A stretch of DNA of 64,000 nt from Camelus dromedarius (lineage: Eukaryota): the NCBI RefSeq assembly GCF_036321535.1, contig NC_087437.1, positions 37,822,001-37,886,000 on the forward strand, in the 5' to 3' direction. A program made the translations under genes and the position numbers. Position 1 is the stretch's first letter. Each line of letters begins with the position of its first letter. A model generated the notes under the pieces. That model had not been told where the DNA came from. It saw only the letters and a program-made list of their open reading frames with translations, and searched no databases. This document shows positions 12,885-23,919 of this stretch, piece after piece.

Positions 12885-12940
12885 GCATCAGAGTACCGCA
12901 ACTGGGGAAAAACATCCTGCATGGACACAAAATTCTGCAA
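12885..12940 (+). pseudogene. Pseudo-exon (56 nt, phase 1-0, stop-free): GIRVPQLGKNILHGHKILQ
   Basis: Acceptor atttaatccag|, donor caa|gtatca; phases match both neighbours. Confidence 0.62.
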
Positions 12941-13249
12941 GTATCAAAATTACTTGTGCTGCAGAATTATAGGCACTCTTAAATATTTGGGGCTTAACTT
13001 TTATGATTCTGTGATCTTTTGATGCTTTAAATGGTGTAGTCATTTCAAAGTGCAACCACAGATATTATTAGCACAGTGCAGATAGAACTCTGCGTGGGCT
13101 TTTTAAGGAGGCCTGGGTAAGTATTCTCATTCTGCTTTGGAGATGAAGCCTAGATGGGCAGTATTACCTCTCTTAGAATCTGAGAAGGAGGATCATATAG
13201 TGTGACACACTTGTAGCCTAGCATTTTTTCTTTACATTTTCCCTGTATG

Positions 13250-13705
13250 TTTGGCAAAATTGATACCAATGAAGATTCCAAGATCGAATTTCCTTGCCTT
13301 CTTGGCAGCTGAGAGACAGACATTTGACTCAGATTCTCCCAGTAAAATATATCTCCAAAATACTTCAGGTCAGCTGGGAAAAAACAGAAGAAGCAGTCTT
13401 TTTAAGGAATATGGTGAATACTGGTAAATATGGCAGAGCTTGGCACAGACACTGAATTTGAGGAGCAATTGTGACAGAACTGCAGAGGGGAGGGTCCTGT
13501 GTTCATGGTTCACCTTGCCAGTGATGGAAACAAGCCTGTGAATAGTTTAGTGGTGCTGTTTTGGGTATTACTTTTGGTGGCACGGTTTCTAAACCCAGTT
13601 GTCGGGTCCTCCTGGAACTTCTGATGATTAGCTTACATTGTTTAGTAAATTTTTCTTCTGATTCACCTAGTTTTGTCTCTTTTTGCAGCTAATAAACCTG
13701 TCTAA
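13250..13705 (+). mobile_element. Old ERVL-type LTR (LTR33/LTR16-like)
   Basis: ttccttgccttcttggcagctgagagacagacatttgactcag start; tttgcagctaataaacctgtct end. Confidence 0.45.
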
Positions 13706-13735
13706 AAATAAGCCTATCTCACATAGCAGAGGCTT

Positions 13736-14222
13736 GTGTTAGAAGAATTGTCCCCAAAGATTCCATATCCTAATCCTTGGAAACTGTGAATACATAAAAT
13801 TGCATGGTTTACAGATGTGATTAAGATTACAGACCTTGGAATGGTGAATTTATCCTGGATTATCCATGTGGGCCTAATTTAATCACATAAGTTCTTGAAA
13901 GTAGAGACCTTCCCTGGCTAGGTTCAGAGAGAGAAAGAGAGATGTGACAGAAGTTTGAGGAAGAATTTTAAGCATGATAATTATTCTGTCTGCTGTTGCT
14001 TTGAAGATGGAGAAAAGGGGCTATGAAATAAGAAATATAGATTATCTCCAGAAGCTGGGAAAGACCCTTACCGGAAAATCAGCAAGGAAATAGAGACCTT
14101 ATTTTCACAACTAAATGAAACTAAATTCTGCTCACAACCTGAATGAACAAGAAAATGGAATCTCCTCTAGAGCTCACCAGAGTTCTGACCTACAAAACTG
14201 TAAAATAATAAATCTGTGGTTC
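13736..14222 (+). mobile_element. MLT1D-like MaLR LTR
   Basis: gatgtgattaag...ttatcctggattatccatgtgggcctaat...ttctgacctacaaaactgtaaaataataaat. Confidence 0.85.
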
Positions 14223-15296
14223 TAGAAACCGAATCGAGGCTAGAGCAGATCATGTCATCGTGGAGCAGTATCTGACTGGGAATATTGTCCAGCATTTGTA
14301 TAAAGCCAGGAAAGTAAAGTCAGTCTCTGGAGACATTGATCAGATGGAAAGCCAGGCTCATTGTGACAAAGCACCAAGTTTATAATCATCTATTCAGTTA
14401 TCAGCCATCAGGTGTGCTGACGGGTCACAAGCCAGCACCCAGTCCACTCGAGCCACCAATGCTCTGTCATTTATGCCTTGGTTTTTGTTACAAACAGCTT
14501 TCTGCTCTGGATCCTGTGATATTCTGTTCCTGTCACTCATTCTTTTATTTTCTGCCTTGAACCTTGCCACACCTTTACTAGCTGTCACCTTGGCTGTGAC
14601 ATAATCCAAACCCAGCTTGACTATGATTTTGATTTTTCTCCTGCAGACTGCTTTGTTCCACTGTCTGCTCCAGCCTGTCTTATAAGACTCACCCTGACCT
14701 CTGGGCTGAGGTTCTAACTCAGAAAGATCTCCGTACTTAGTATCAGGAGGTAAAGTATAGAGAAGCAGTGAGACTGGTATATGGCAAAATTCAGAGAGAG
14801 AAGTAACATGAAATGCAAGATAAGGATTGAATCAAAAGATAGTGAAATTACCCAGGGCTAGTAATATCGGACGGTTAAACTATTAATGCCTGTACTTATC
14901 TATATGTAAAATTTGGAATATAATAGCACTTCATAGATTGCTAATAGTACTGAATAAAATAATGCACTTAATGCTCTTAGTTTAGTCTCTGGCACACAGT
15001 AGATGCTTTATAAATGATACCTATTTTTATTGGTATATGGTGTATATGGTAGTGTATTTTGTATATACTGAAAGCATCCTGAGGGAGGGGAAAGGGAGGT
15101 GTGTCTTAAAATATTTCTCTAAATTGAACTGTTGTCTTTGTGAAAACAGTCTTTTGATTTTGAAATACATCTGGTCATCAACATTCATTTAATAAATCTA
15201 AATATTAATACTAAGTTATTTTTCACTGATATTAAAATCAATATGAAAGCCCTTTAGGAATGATACTTAGCTTGACAGAAAATCAGTGATCTAAAG

Positions 15297-15435
15297 CCTT
15301 ATTTTTCACAGTATGGTCTGTGGGGGTATGTTTGAATGCCTAATCTCAGACCCCACCTGAGACCTACTAAGTCAGAATCTGCATTTTAATAAGATCCTCA
15401 GGTGATGTGTGCACCCTAAGGTTTAGGAAGCACTG
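15297..15435 (+). mobile_element. MER5-family hAT-Charlie MITE
   Basis: tcagaatctgcattttaataagatcc...aagcactg end; perfect 8-bp TSD ATCTAAAG (15289-15296, 15436-15443). Confidence 0.85.
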
Positions 15436-16109
15436 ATCTAAAGTACCAATATCAAAAATTGGAAAAGTAGCCAAATTAAAAATTTAAACTACTCAGAGTT
15501 ACCACTAGAGGTAACTTATGCCTTCTCAATTTCTTTTCATATAAAATAAGGACAGTAGACTACCTATTTCATAGAGTTAAGGTGAAGATTTAATGACCCA
15601 TAACATTATTAATTAGGTAATACATGCAAAGCTTTCTTTAAGTTTCCTGGCCATTAGTAAATGCTTATCAAATATACATATGATTAGTATGCTTCTTTAT
15701 TAGCACAAGCCTCCTCTTCCCCCTTGTCCAACAATCCTATTTAAATGACATCCATACAGTAACTTGGGTACTCTGGTTCAACTCATCACTTGCAAAGGCA
15801 GCCACAGTGGATCAGGAGGAAAATCAACTCTCTTTTGTCCCTCTTTTGGCTGGAGCATAGGGACTAGGATAAGAAAAAAATGGCCCTACATTAACCTTAT
15901 TAAAATGCCTACTATTTATTGAGTTTTTATATAGACTAATTCATTGCCTGTGAAAATTCTTCAGCTTCAGATATTGAGGCCTGTAAAAAAGTACTATTTT
16001 CTGTAAGAAAAAACCTACATGAAACATCTAAAGTGAGAACAGACATAGATGAAGACATGTGGATTTTTATATCTGCTACAGAAGTATAAGCATGAAATAG
16101 AAAAACAGA

Positions 16110-16295
16110 GACCCAGCTTAGAAGTCAGCAGGACCTGGGTTTAAATTCTGGCTGTTTTTCTTACTTACTGTGTGACATCTGGCAAATCAGTTTAGTCTGA
16201 AGTTTAGTTTCCTCATCGATAAACATCCACCTTACAAGATCATGGTTCTTGTTAAATGACACCTTTTCCATGCTTTTTGGCACAGACTAGGCATA
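16110..16295 (+). mobile_element. MIR SINE (other MIR remnants near 5870, 8800, 9300, 14880, 15520, 44700, 47740, 48300, 57780)
   Basis: MIR core acctgggtttaaattctggct...tgtgacatctggcaaatc...tagtttcctcatc. Confidence 0.75.
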
Positions 16296-16425
16296 AAATA
16301 AAGCCTATTTTACTGTCTTTTTGGATTTTTAGATATATAAATAAGGTATCTATCAGGGTTATATCTCTAAACATTAATGTGTGTTTTCATGTATTTTCCT
16401 CACCCTCTTCGCGTTGTTTTCTAAG

Positions 16426-16948
16426 GCATTTTATCTCATCTCCATTTATCTGTGGATAAGCAGAAACAAAGCCTTACATGAAAGTACGGGACAGAAAGAT
16501 TCAGCCACATGTTTACAGAACAGCCTAAGACTAGATAAGTGTGGGCCTGAATATAGAAGAAGAGAATGTGGAAGGGCAAGTGGTAACTTTGATTGTAAAA
16601 AAGGAGAAAAAGGACGCTGGACATTGGGAAAAAAGAGGAAATAGGACTTTTTTATTCAATAGCTAGAGCCACAAGTAAAATGGATCGAGAACCAATGTTT
16701 CTCCAAGTACATTTCCCCAAGTCTTAACTAACCCATCACCTAGAGACAAAACTCTGTCCAATACTCCTGAACCACTAGGTGTATCCTGAACATATGTTAA
16801 AGGAGTTAGACTGTATATTGGTGACCAAGATAGAATCAAACACAACTAAAGGTGGCTTTAGTATCTATCATCCATAGCAGAACTGTGTACACTGAAAAAG
16901 ATTGCTCCAGTCTGTATCTTGATTCAGAAGAAATCAGAGACCAATCAG
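16426..16948 (+). pseudogene. Pseudo-exon (523 nt): AFYLISIYLWISRNKALHESTGQKDS... then a low-complexity S/P/T-rich linker
   Basis: Acceptor ctcttcgcgttgttttctaag|, donor cag|gtatct; start is ORF 16381..16644, 72 stop-free codons from the acceptor. Confidence 0.62.
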
Positions 16949-17696
16949 GTATCTAGGAAGGGTAATGATTGAGGCTCCATCCTCAAGTGAACCTGATACT
17001 TAGATATGAAAACTCTTGCACTTCCATGAATTTGAGTGATTACTAAAGCTTCAAGTTGTCACAGAGATACTAGAAAATTATTAATAAATTTTATATACTA
17101 TTTCAAATGTATGTTTTATTTGTAGATTATTAATAATAATTATATTTTTATTCATACATTTGGATACATGAACATATTTTTAGCATATACGATTTACCCT
17201 GTAAGTTTCTTGAATGTGTTGTTATATTGACATTTGGGAGCTTCAGAACCTAAGAAAGAGAAAACAAATGAGTTGTTGCCAGAGGGGAGGGGGTTTGGAG
17301 GTTGGGTTCACCCCTTCAGTAGGCAAAGGGGATTAAGAGGTACAACTTCCAATTATAAAACAAACAATACCATTTTTCCATTGATGTTTAGTTTAGTATT
17401 TTTATATGCATCTTTGTAGATAGCTAGGGTAAAATTAGCCACTTGAAAGTAGCCCAAGTTCTTTGATGAAAATTCTTTTATTTTTTATCAAATGCATTCA
17501 ATTTTATAAGATGTATTGAGGACTTACAATATACCAGGCACTATCTAATTTGCCAAGACAATAACAATGAAAGAGATAGCTTTGATAAGTACTGTGTTTA
17601 ATGTTACAGGAATATGTGGAAATGAATGTTTCAGTCCTCGTATGTTATGTTGTTTTTTAAAAAAACTAATTTAATTCATGCTTTTTCACTCTGCAG

Positions 17697-17825
17697 AAAT
17701 TTTTCATATTTTAGAAAAGTCATCTGAAAATTATGACGTTATTAAGATCTTTTGTCTTCATGCTACTCTTTGAAGAGTTTAAAATTAATTGTTCAGACTT
17801 AAAATTTTTTATAGCAGCAGATTAG
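17697..17825 (+). pseudogene. Pseudo-exon (129 nt, phase 1-1): EIFHILEKSSENYDVIKIFCLHATL*RV*N*LFRLKIFYSSRLG
   Basis: Acceptor ctttttcactctgcag|, donor tag|gtaatt; IFYSSRLG resembles GREB1 IFNSAGVG (from memory). Confidence 0.7.
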
Positions 17826-17859
17826 GTAATTTGAATCGATCTTCATACTGAAGGCAACT

Positions 17860-19200
17860 TTTAAAAGCTGGATGAAGTTACAAACAAATTGTTTGAAAAC
17901 ACTGTAGAACTAACAAGACTGTGAAAGTTATGAGGCCAAGATTTGAAAGGTAGAATTCTGAAGATGGTTGGCGTTTGGTGCCACTTTCTTTTGGGGAGCA
18001 TTGGCTTATTCTGAAAGAGGTAGCTCAGTGTTTGAGAAGCAGAGCAATTCTGTTGAGACTCTCTCAAGGCTAGAGGGAAAACTTGGGTGAACAACATTAG
18101 TTTAGCTGTCCTATGGATTGATGCCTAATTTCAAATCATAGCAAACTTGAAAATGAATTAAGGTAATTCCAGATTCCTAGTACCTCTAGCCGCATTAAAT
18201 TAGTTTAAACAACTATGCTGTTATATTCAGGAAGCTAAGTCATTGAAATTTTTGGAAGACTACAAGAAAAAAAAAAACAGTCAAATGAATACTCCAGAAA
18301 TGAAGAAAAACAAGAATTGAAATTAGGAATTTAATAGATTGGTTCAACAATAAAATAGACATGCTTTTAAAAAACGTAATTAGTGCACTTGAAATAGGTC
18401 AGATGGAAATTTCCAAGGAGAGGTAAAGTATGTTAAACACAGAAGAGTGTTTAAGAGACAAACAGAACATTGAGAAAATCAAATACATATGTAATTGGAG
18501 TCCCAGAAGACAATGGAGACAATGGAATAGAAGCAATTTTTGAAGACATAATTTCCAAGAATTTTTCAAAACTGATCACAACAAATAAGTAAACCCCAGA
18601 GACCTTATGAATGCCAAACAAAATTAGTGGGAAGAAAACTGCGCCTTTGAGTCTGTTTTCACTTTGCTCTGTTTGTTTGCTTGTTTAGTTTTTTCAGATT
18701 CCACGTATAAGTGAGGTCATGTGGTATTTGTCTTTCTGATACGGAATACAAATGAATTGTTGCCAGAGGGGAGGGTGTTGGGAGGTTGGGTTCACCCCTT
18801 CAGTAGGTGAAGAGGATTAAGAGGTACAAACTTCCAGTTATAAAACAAATAAGCCACAGGGATGGGTAATATACAGCATAAGGAATATAGTCAATAATAT
18901 TGTAACAGCTTTGTATGTTGTAGACTTAATGAAGGAATCATTTTGTAATGCATATAAATGTCAAATCACTATGTAGTACACCTGAAACTAACATAATATT
19001 GTACGTCAACTGTATTTCAATTAAAAAAAATTCCTAGGTAAAACAGTAAAATTCCCGGAGAGAGTGAGAGAAGAATGACAATCTGAACAGCAGCTAGAGA
19101 AACAAGACAGATTAATTTCAAAGAAACAATAGTTAACCTGGAACTAACTTTTCATAAAAGTAATGGAAGTCAGTAGACAATGAAGTGGTATGTTTGAGGT
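17860..19200 (+). mobile_element. Old L1M 5' UTR/ORF1 fragment, host to a younger L1
   Basis: ORF1-type text taattggagtcccagaag...aatggaatagaagcaatttttgaagacataat. Confidence 0.7.
18648..19030 (+). mobile_element. Short 5'-inverted L1 3' end
   Basis: 18648-18739 antisense L1 3' UTR, 18740-19030 sense continuation to poly(A). Confidence 0.85.
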
Positions 19201-19460
19201 TATGTAGGATGAATAAATCCAGAGATCTCATTTGCAACATGGTAGCTCTAGTTAATAATGCTGTATTGAATATTGGAAATTTGCTAAGAAGAAAGATCTC
19301 AGGCGCACAGACACACACAGACACACAAATTGTAATTGTGTGAGCAGACAATATGTTAATTAGTTTGAGTGTAGTAGCCATTTCTCTATGTAGATCAAAT
19401 AATCATGTTGTGTAACTTAAATATTATGTAATTTTTATTTAGAAAATGAAAATTTTAAAA
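19200..19460 (+). mobile_element. L1MA-type 3' end
   Basis: atgaataaatccagagatct...atttgctaagaagaaagatctc...atgttaattag. Confidence 0.75.
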
Positions 19461-19498
19461 AGGTTTGCATTATTCTATTGGAGACATAATGAGTACAG

Positions 19499-19679
19499 AG
19501 GTTTTACTAAATAATGCTAGGTCAATTATCACTTTAAAATAGAAACTAGTAAAACTATGAAAATGGAATCCATATCACAAAAACTGCTGTGGAGTATTCC
19601 AACAATGATGAATTTTTTTTATTGCTTAAAACCAAAATTTTATAGATGCAAATGGATAAATGTTTACTATGCCAAATTG
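19499..19679 (+). pseudogene. Possible heavily decayed pseudo-exon (...GQLSL*NRN...IFFIA...RCKWINVYY)
   Basis: Donor ttg|gtattt; acceptor weak; frameshifted; lies between two old L1 pieces. Motif order resembles GREB1 KELSYHN...PFIVISDD...CVMWNVV. Confidence 0.38.
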
Positions 19680-20089
19680 GTATTTTAATTTGAAATAGTG
19701 AACTTAAAATCTGTGATTTTTAACTGCATTCCTAAAAAAGATTATTTTGGAAAAATATAGTCAAAAAATGAAAATACTGAAATGTGCAAGTCATCACTTG
19801 AGTAATACAGAATAGCCAGGCTAATGTGGTATTATAAATATTTGGAAATCTTTTCTTAGACCAAAAGCTCAGTGAAATTACAATTAACAAAAATAACTTA
19901 AAATAAGAAAAATAGTTGAAATAAAAAGATTGATAGCTACATACAAATGCAAATGGAAAAATAAAATATCTTTTAAATATTTAAAAATGCATTTTCAGTG
20001 CATAAAATATAACAAATACTTTGAACTGAAATAGTCAAAACTGGATGTGGTAGTTAATTTTGAGAACCCTGACTAATATACCAGATAAG

Positions 20090-21565
20090 AACTCTGCCCA
20101 GAAAGCTTTACTGAGAGATAAATGAAAACACTCTTTTTTATGGATTAGAAGATTGCACATGGTAGAAGTCTCAAATTCCCTGCATATTTGTATATAAACT
20201 GCAGTCTGAGTGAAAACTCCAATGGCGTTTTTATGAAAATTGACAAGCTGATTCTAAAATGCATAGAGAAATATCATGGGCCAATATTAGACAAGACATT
20301 CTTGATGAACAATAACATTGTTGGAGGACTTTCAGCAAGTCTTTTTGCAGTGCCACAGTAAATAAGGAACTGTAGTATTAAAGAAAAGTTAGATACATAA
20401 ATCAATGAAATGGAATAGAGAGCCCACATACTCTTGGACACTTGATTTATGAGGTTACTGAGGAGTAGTGGAGGAAAGATGGTCTTTTCAATGAGTCGGT
20501 TGAATATCAATTTGATTAAATAAAAACTAAGTGAAAGAAAACTGACCTCTGTATCACTTCATACCCCTAAATCAATCCATGGTGGATTTTAATATTGAAA
20601 TGTGACATGCAATATGTATAGCTAGAAGGCAATAAAGTAGAATATCTTCGCAGTATTACAACAGCAAAAAAAAAAAAAATTAAATAATGTATGAAAAAAG
20701 TGTTAATTATAAAGGCAAGAATGGTAAGGTTGACTATATTAAATTAGGAACATCTGTTCAGAATAAAACTCTCTTAACAGATTAATAATATAAAACAAAA
20801 TATGAAAAGATATTTTTAACACATGTAATTGGCAACAAACAAGAGACAAGAAGAGATATTTTACAAAAGGTAGTATCAAAATATCCTACAAAATCATTTA
20901 AAATGTACATAATTCGCTACTATTCAGGGAAATGCAAGGAAAGCCTTTTATAAGGTAGCATTTTTTAATTCACTAGAACGGGTAAAATTTGAAGAAGTAT
21001 AAAATATTGTAGGAGATGTGAAGAATCAGGAACTATTAGGTGTACCTGGTAGGAGGGTAAATTGGTACAAACACAATTTGGAAAACAGTTTAATATTTTT
21101 TGGTAATGTTTCAGATCTGCATACTTTTTGATCCAACAGTTTCACTCCCGGGTATATTTCAAGAGAAAGGCATGCACAGAAAGATTATATAAAAATGTTC
21201 ATAGCTGCCCTCATACAACAGAATCTGTGCAGCAATGAAAATTAATAAATTATGGCTACAGAAAAGTATGAATCTTAAGTATATAAGCTAGAGACCAAAG
21301 AATATATACTATACAATTCAATTTATAAAGAATTCTAAAACTGGCAAGTTTAAACTCTGGTACCAGATACCAGAATATTGGTTATTTTTGGGGAGGAAGG
21401 AAGTTGTAAAGGTGGAAAAGATACATAAAGGGGCTTCTCTGGTTGAGGTCTTGCTTAACCTGGATGATTGTTACATGATTGTTCTCTGGGATAATTTGTT
21501 GCACTACAGATTTGTGTACTTCCCTGTGTATGGGTTGTACTTCATAGTACAAGTATTTTAAAATC
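20090..21565 (+). mobile_element. Old L1ME/MD ORF2 plus 3' end
   Basis: gaaaattgacaagctgattctaaaat; 3' end tttgtgtacttccctgtgtatgggttgtacttca. Confidence 0.8.
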
Positions 21566-21617
21566 CTGATAGTTAATATAATAAAAAATCATTCTTAAAT
21601 ACATATTTTGGTTGCAG

Positions 21618-22216
21618 TGATTATGAGAAGCCTATTAACATGGGAAGTGTACTGCACTGTTTGCTTGGCTAGGTGTTTTGCTTGTTTGTGTGTGTGGAAA
21701 CCCAAGGTACAGATCTCATTTATGTTGTCATATGCTTGTGCCAGTGAGAAAGGACTAAACTACCCACCTGGCAGGACTTTAACTCTTTCAGGCCAATAGA
21801 GGTTATTTGGAAAATTACCACTTTGAAGTGAATTAAATTAGCCAAATAGGTTTGTACAGTCTTACATGCCAAATGTAAGTGATAAAGCTGCCCCTACATT
21901 TAGGGTTTGACAGTGGAGGCTGACTTGTTTGAAAAATTGAATTTATCTGCCAAAAAGGGAAAACAATGCCATCTAAAAAGTCCAAACACTATGACGATCA
22001 CTGTATTTCAAAGAAACTGTGTATGGGCCTGTAGTGAATCCCCCCATCCTTTCTGTGAACTTCTCTTTGTGGACGTCAACTATTCCTGCATAGCTTCATG
22101 AATATCATATTAAAAACAAGTTCCTCAGAAAAATGTAGAATCGGTTCCTTTGGTCAGAAATTGGGTGCTGAATCACGACATATGAAGCCTGTGGAGGTTT
22201 ATTGTTCTATTGTCAG
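21618..22216 (+). pseudogene. Large pseudo-exon with frameshifts (DYEKPINMGSVLHCL...FACLCVWKPK...QDFNS...ADLFEKL...ELLFVDVNY...YEACGGLLFYCQ)
   Basis: Acceptor ttttggttgcag|, donor cag|gtaatt; several motifs collinear with the GREB1 C-terminal domain (from memory). Confidence 0.68.
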
Positions 22217-22541
22217 GTAATTAGCAGCCTGTGTCTGATGCTGTGAGCTTTCTACAAATTCCCTCTGATATATCTATACTCTTGAATGAAGTCCAGTAGA
22301 GGGTTAGGCAATGATCTAGTTGGGTGACTGACCACAAAGATCTATAATGAAGATAATTATGAATTACTCTCCTAATTGAAATAAGCATAAAATCTATACA
22401 TTTAGAATATTAAAAATTAATCAAATAATCAAACGTATTTGTTTAGAATTTTTGTTTATTTCTTTGTTTATTATTTAAAAATAAACCTAGGCTTAAATTT
22501 TATTTTAATTTCAAAAGCAGTTTATTTTTAACTTGTTTTAG

Positions 22542-23105
22542 GAGGAATTTATTGTTTCTATCACTAAATGAACATAAACCAACACTAGTATGGTTTATTA
22601 TTTAACATACTACAAAACAATTTTACTTCAGAAATTATGGAAGCTAAGACAATGAGGAAAAAATAAAATTTCAGACCAGGATTCCAAATGCCTTGGTATA
22701 TAATTAAATATTCAAAAATTCGACACATCCTAAAAAGACCTCTTAGGAGCTGAACATAAAAAGTATACATTTTTCAAGGAATTCTAAGGATTTTCTAGAG
22801 ATTTTATCACAATTAGTCAAGATGGAGATGGTCATCACCTACACTCAGAGAAGTCCAAAATATTAAGGAAAGAAGCTTTATGCAATACTGATATTACAGA
22901 GCAGTTAAACTATTGCAGTTACCCCAGATGGTGCATCTAAGAAGTATGCAGAGAAAAGTAAAATGGATGAAAAATTTCCTCCAGTGACCATTTGAAGCAG
23001 TGACCATAAAAATTCCAGACTACAAAGAAGCAAAGCAATTTGGAAGACTTTTAAAGAATACAAACAAAAGACAAAACCTTTCAGTCCAGAGACATTTGAA
23101 ATGAG
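22542..23105 (+). pseudogene. Pseudo-exon with frameshifts (EEFIVSITK...TILLQKLWKL...NFRPGFQMP...AIWKTFKEYKQKTKPFSPETFEMR)
   Basis: Acceptor tttaacttgttttag|, donor gag|gtagat; phase 0 start matches the previous exon. Confidence 0.58.
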
Positions 23106-23364
23106 GTAGATCCCAAACCTCTAAGTATCTATGACTATTTTTTGGAGCAACAGTTGTAGTAGGTGATAAGGGTAGTTCATCACTTTTAAGAAGGGTACAA
23201 AACAGAAGGACACTAGCACTAATGACACCTTTGTCTTTACACTATAAACTATTGACATACCTGCAATCACATATGAATATGCCTTCATAGATGCATCTTT
23301 TTCAAGTTATGAGTTGAGTCAGATATTGTATTAACAAACAGCACAGGGGTTAATTTCCTTAAGC

Positions 23365-23850
23365 TTTTTGTTTATTTTCTTGTGGTTAAAAAAATACAAC
23401 ATAACATTTGCCCTCTTAAGGATTTTTAAGTACACAGTATAGTAAACTATATGCACATAGTTGCACAACAGACTTCTAGAACTTTTTCATCTTACAGAAT
23501 TAAAACTCTGTTTCCATTGAACAACCTCTCTCCCAGCTGCCCACCTCAACTTCTGGCACCCACCATTCTACTCTCTGTTCCTAAGCATGTCTGACTAGTT
23601 AGACACCTCATATATGTAGAATCATGTAGTATTTGTCTTCATTGTGGCTGGCTTATTTCACTTAGCATAATGCTCTCAAGTTTCAACCATGCTGTAACAA
23701 AAGACAGAATATTCTTCTTTCCTGAGGCTGAATAATATTTCATTGTATACATATACCACATTCTCTTTATCCATGAATCCACTGATGGACATTCAGTTTG
23801 CTTTTACCTCTTGGCTAATGTGAATAATGCTGCAGTGAACATGGATGTGT
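23365..23850 (-). mobile_element. L1MB-type 3' end
   Basis: ggcttatttcacttagcataatg...gaataatgctgcagtgaacatgg. Confidence 0.85.
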
Positions 23851-23919
23851 GATGTTTGTTTGTTGAATGGAGTTTTCTCTTCCTAATTGTTCTTGTTAGG
23901 AGGTTGTTTTTGACCTCAG

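Noticed and set aside
14223..14745. GC-richer block with two overlapping short ORFs
   Set aside because: No splice signals in phase with the pseudogene; more likely an unrecognised old LTR
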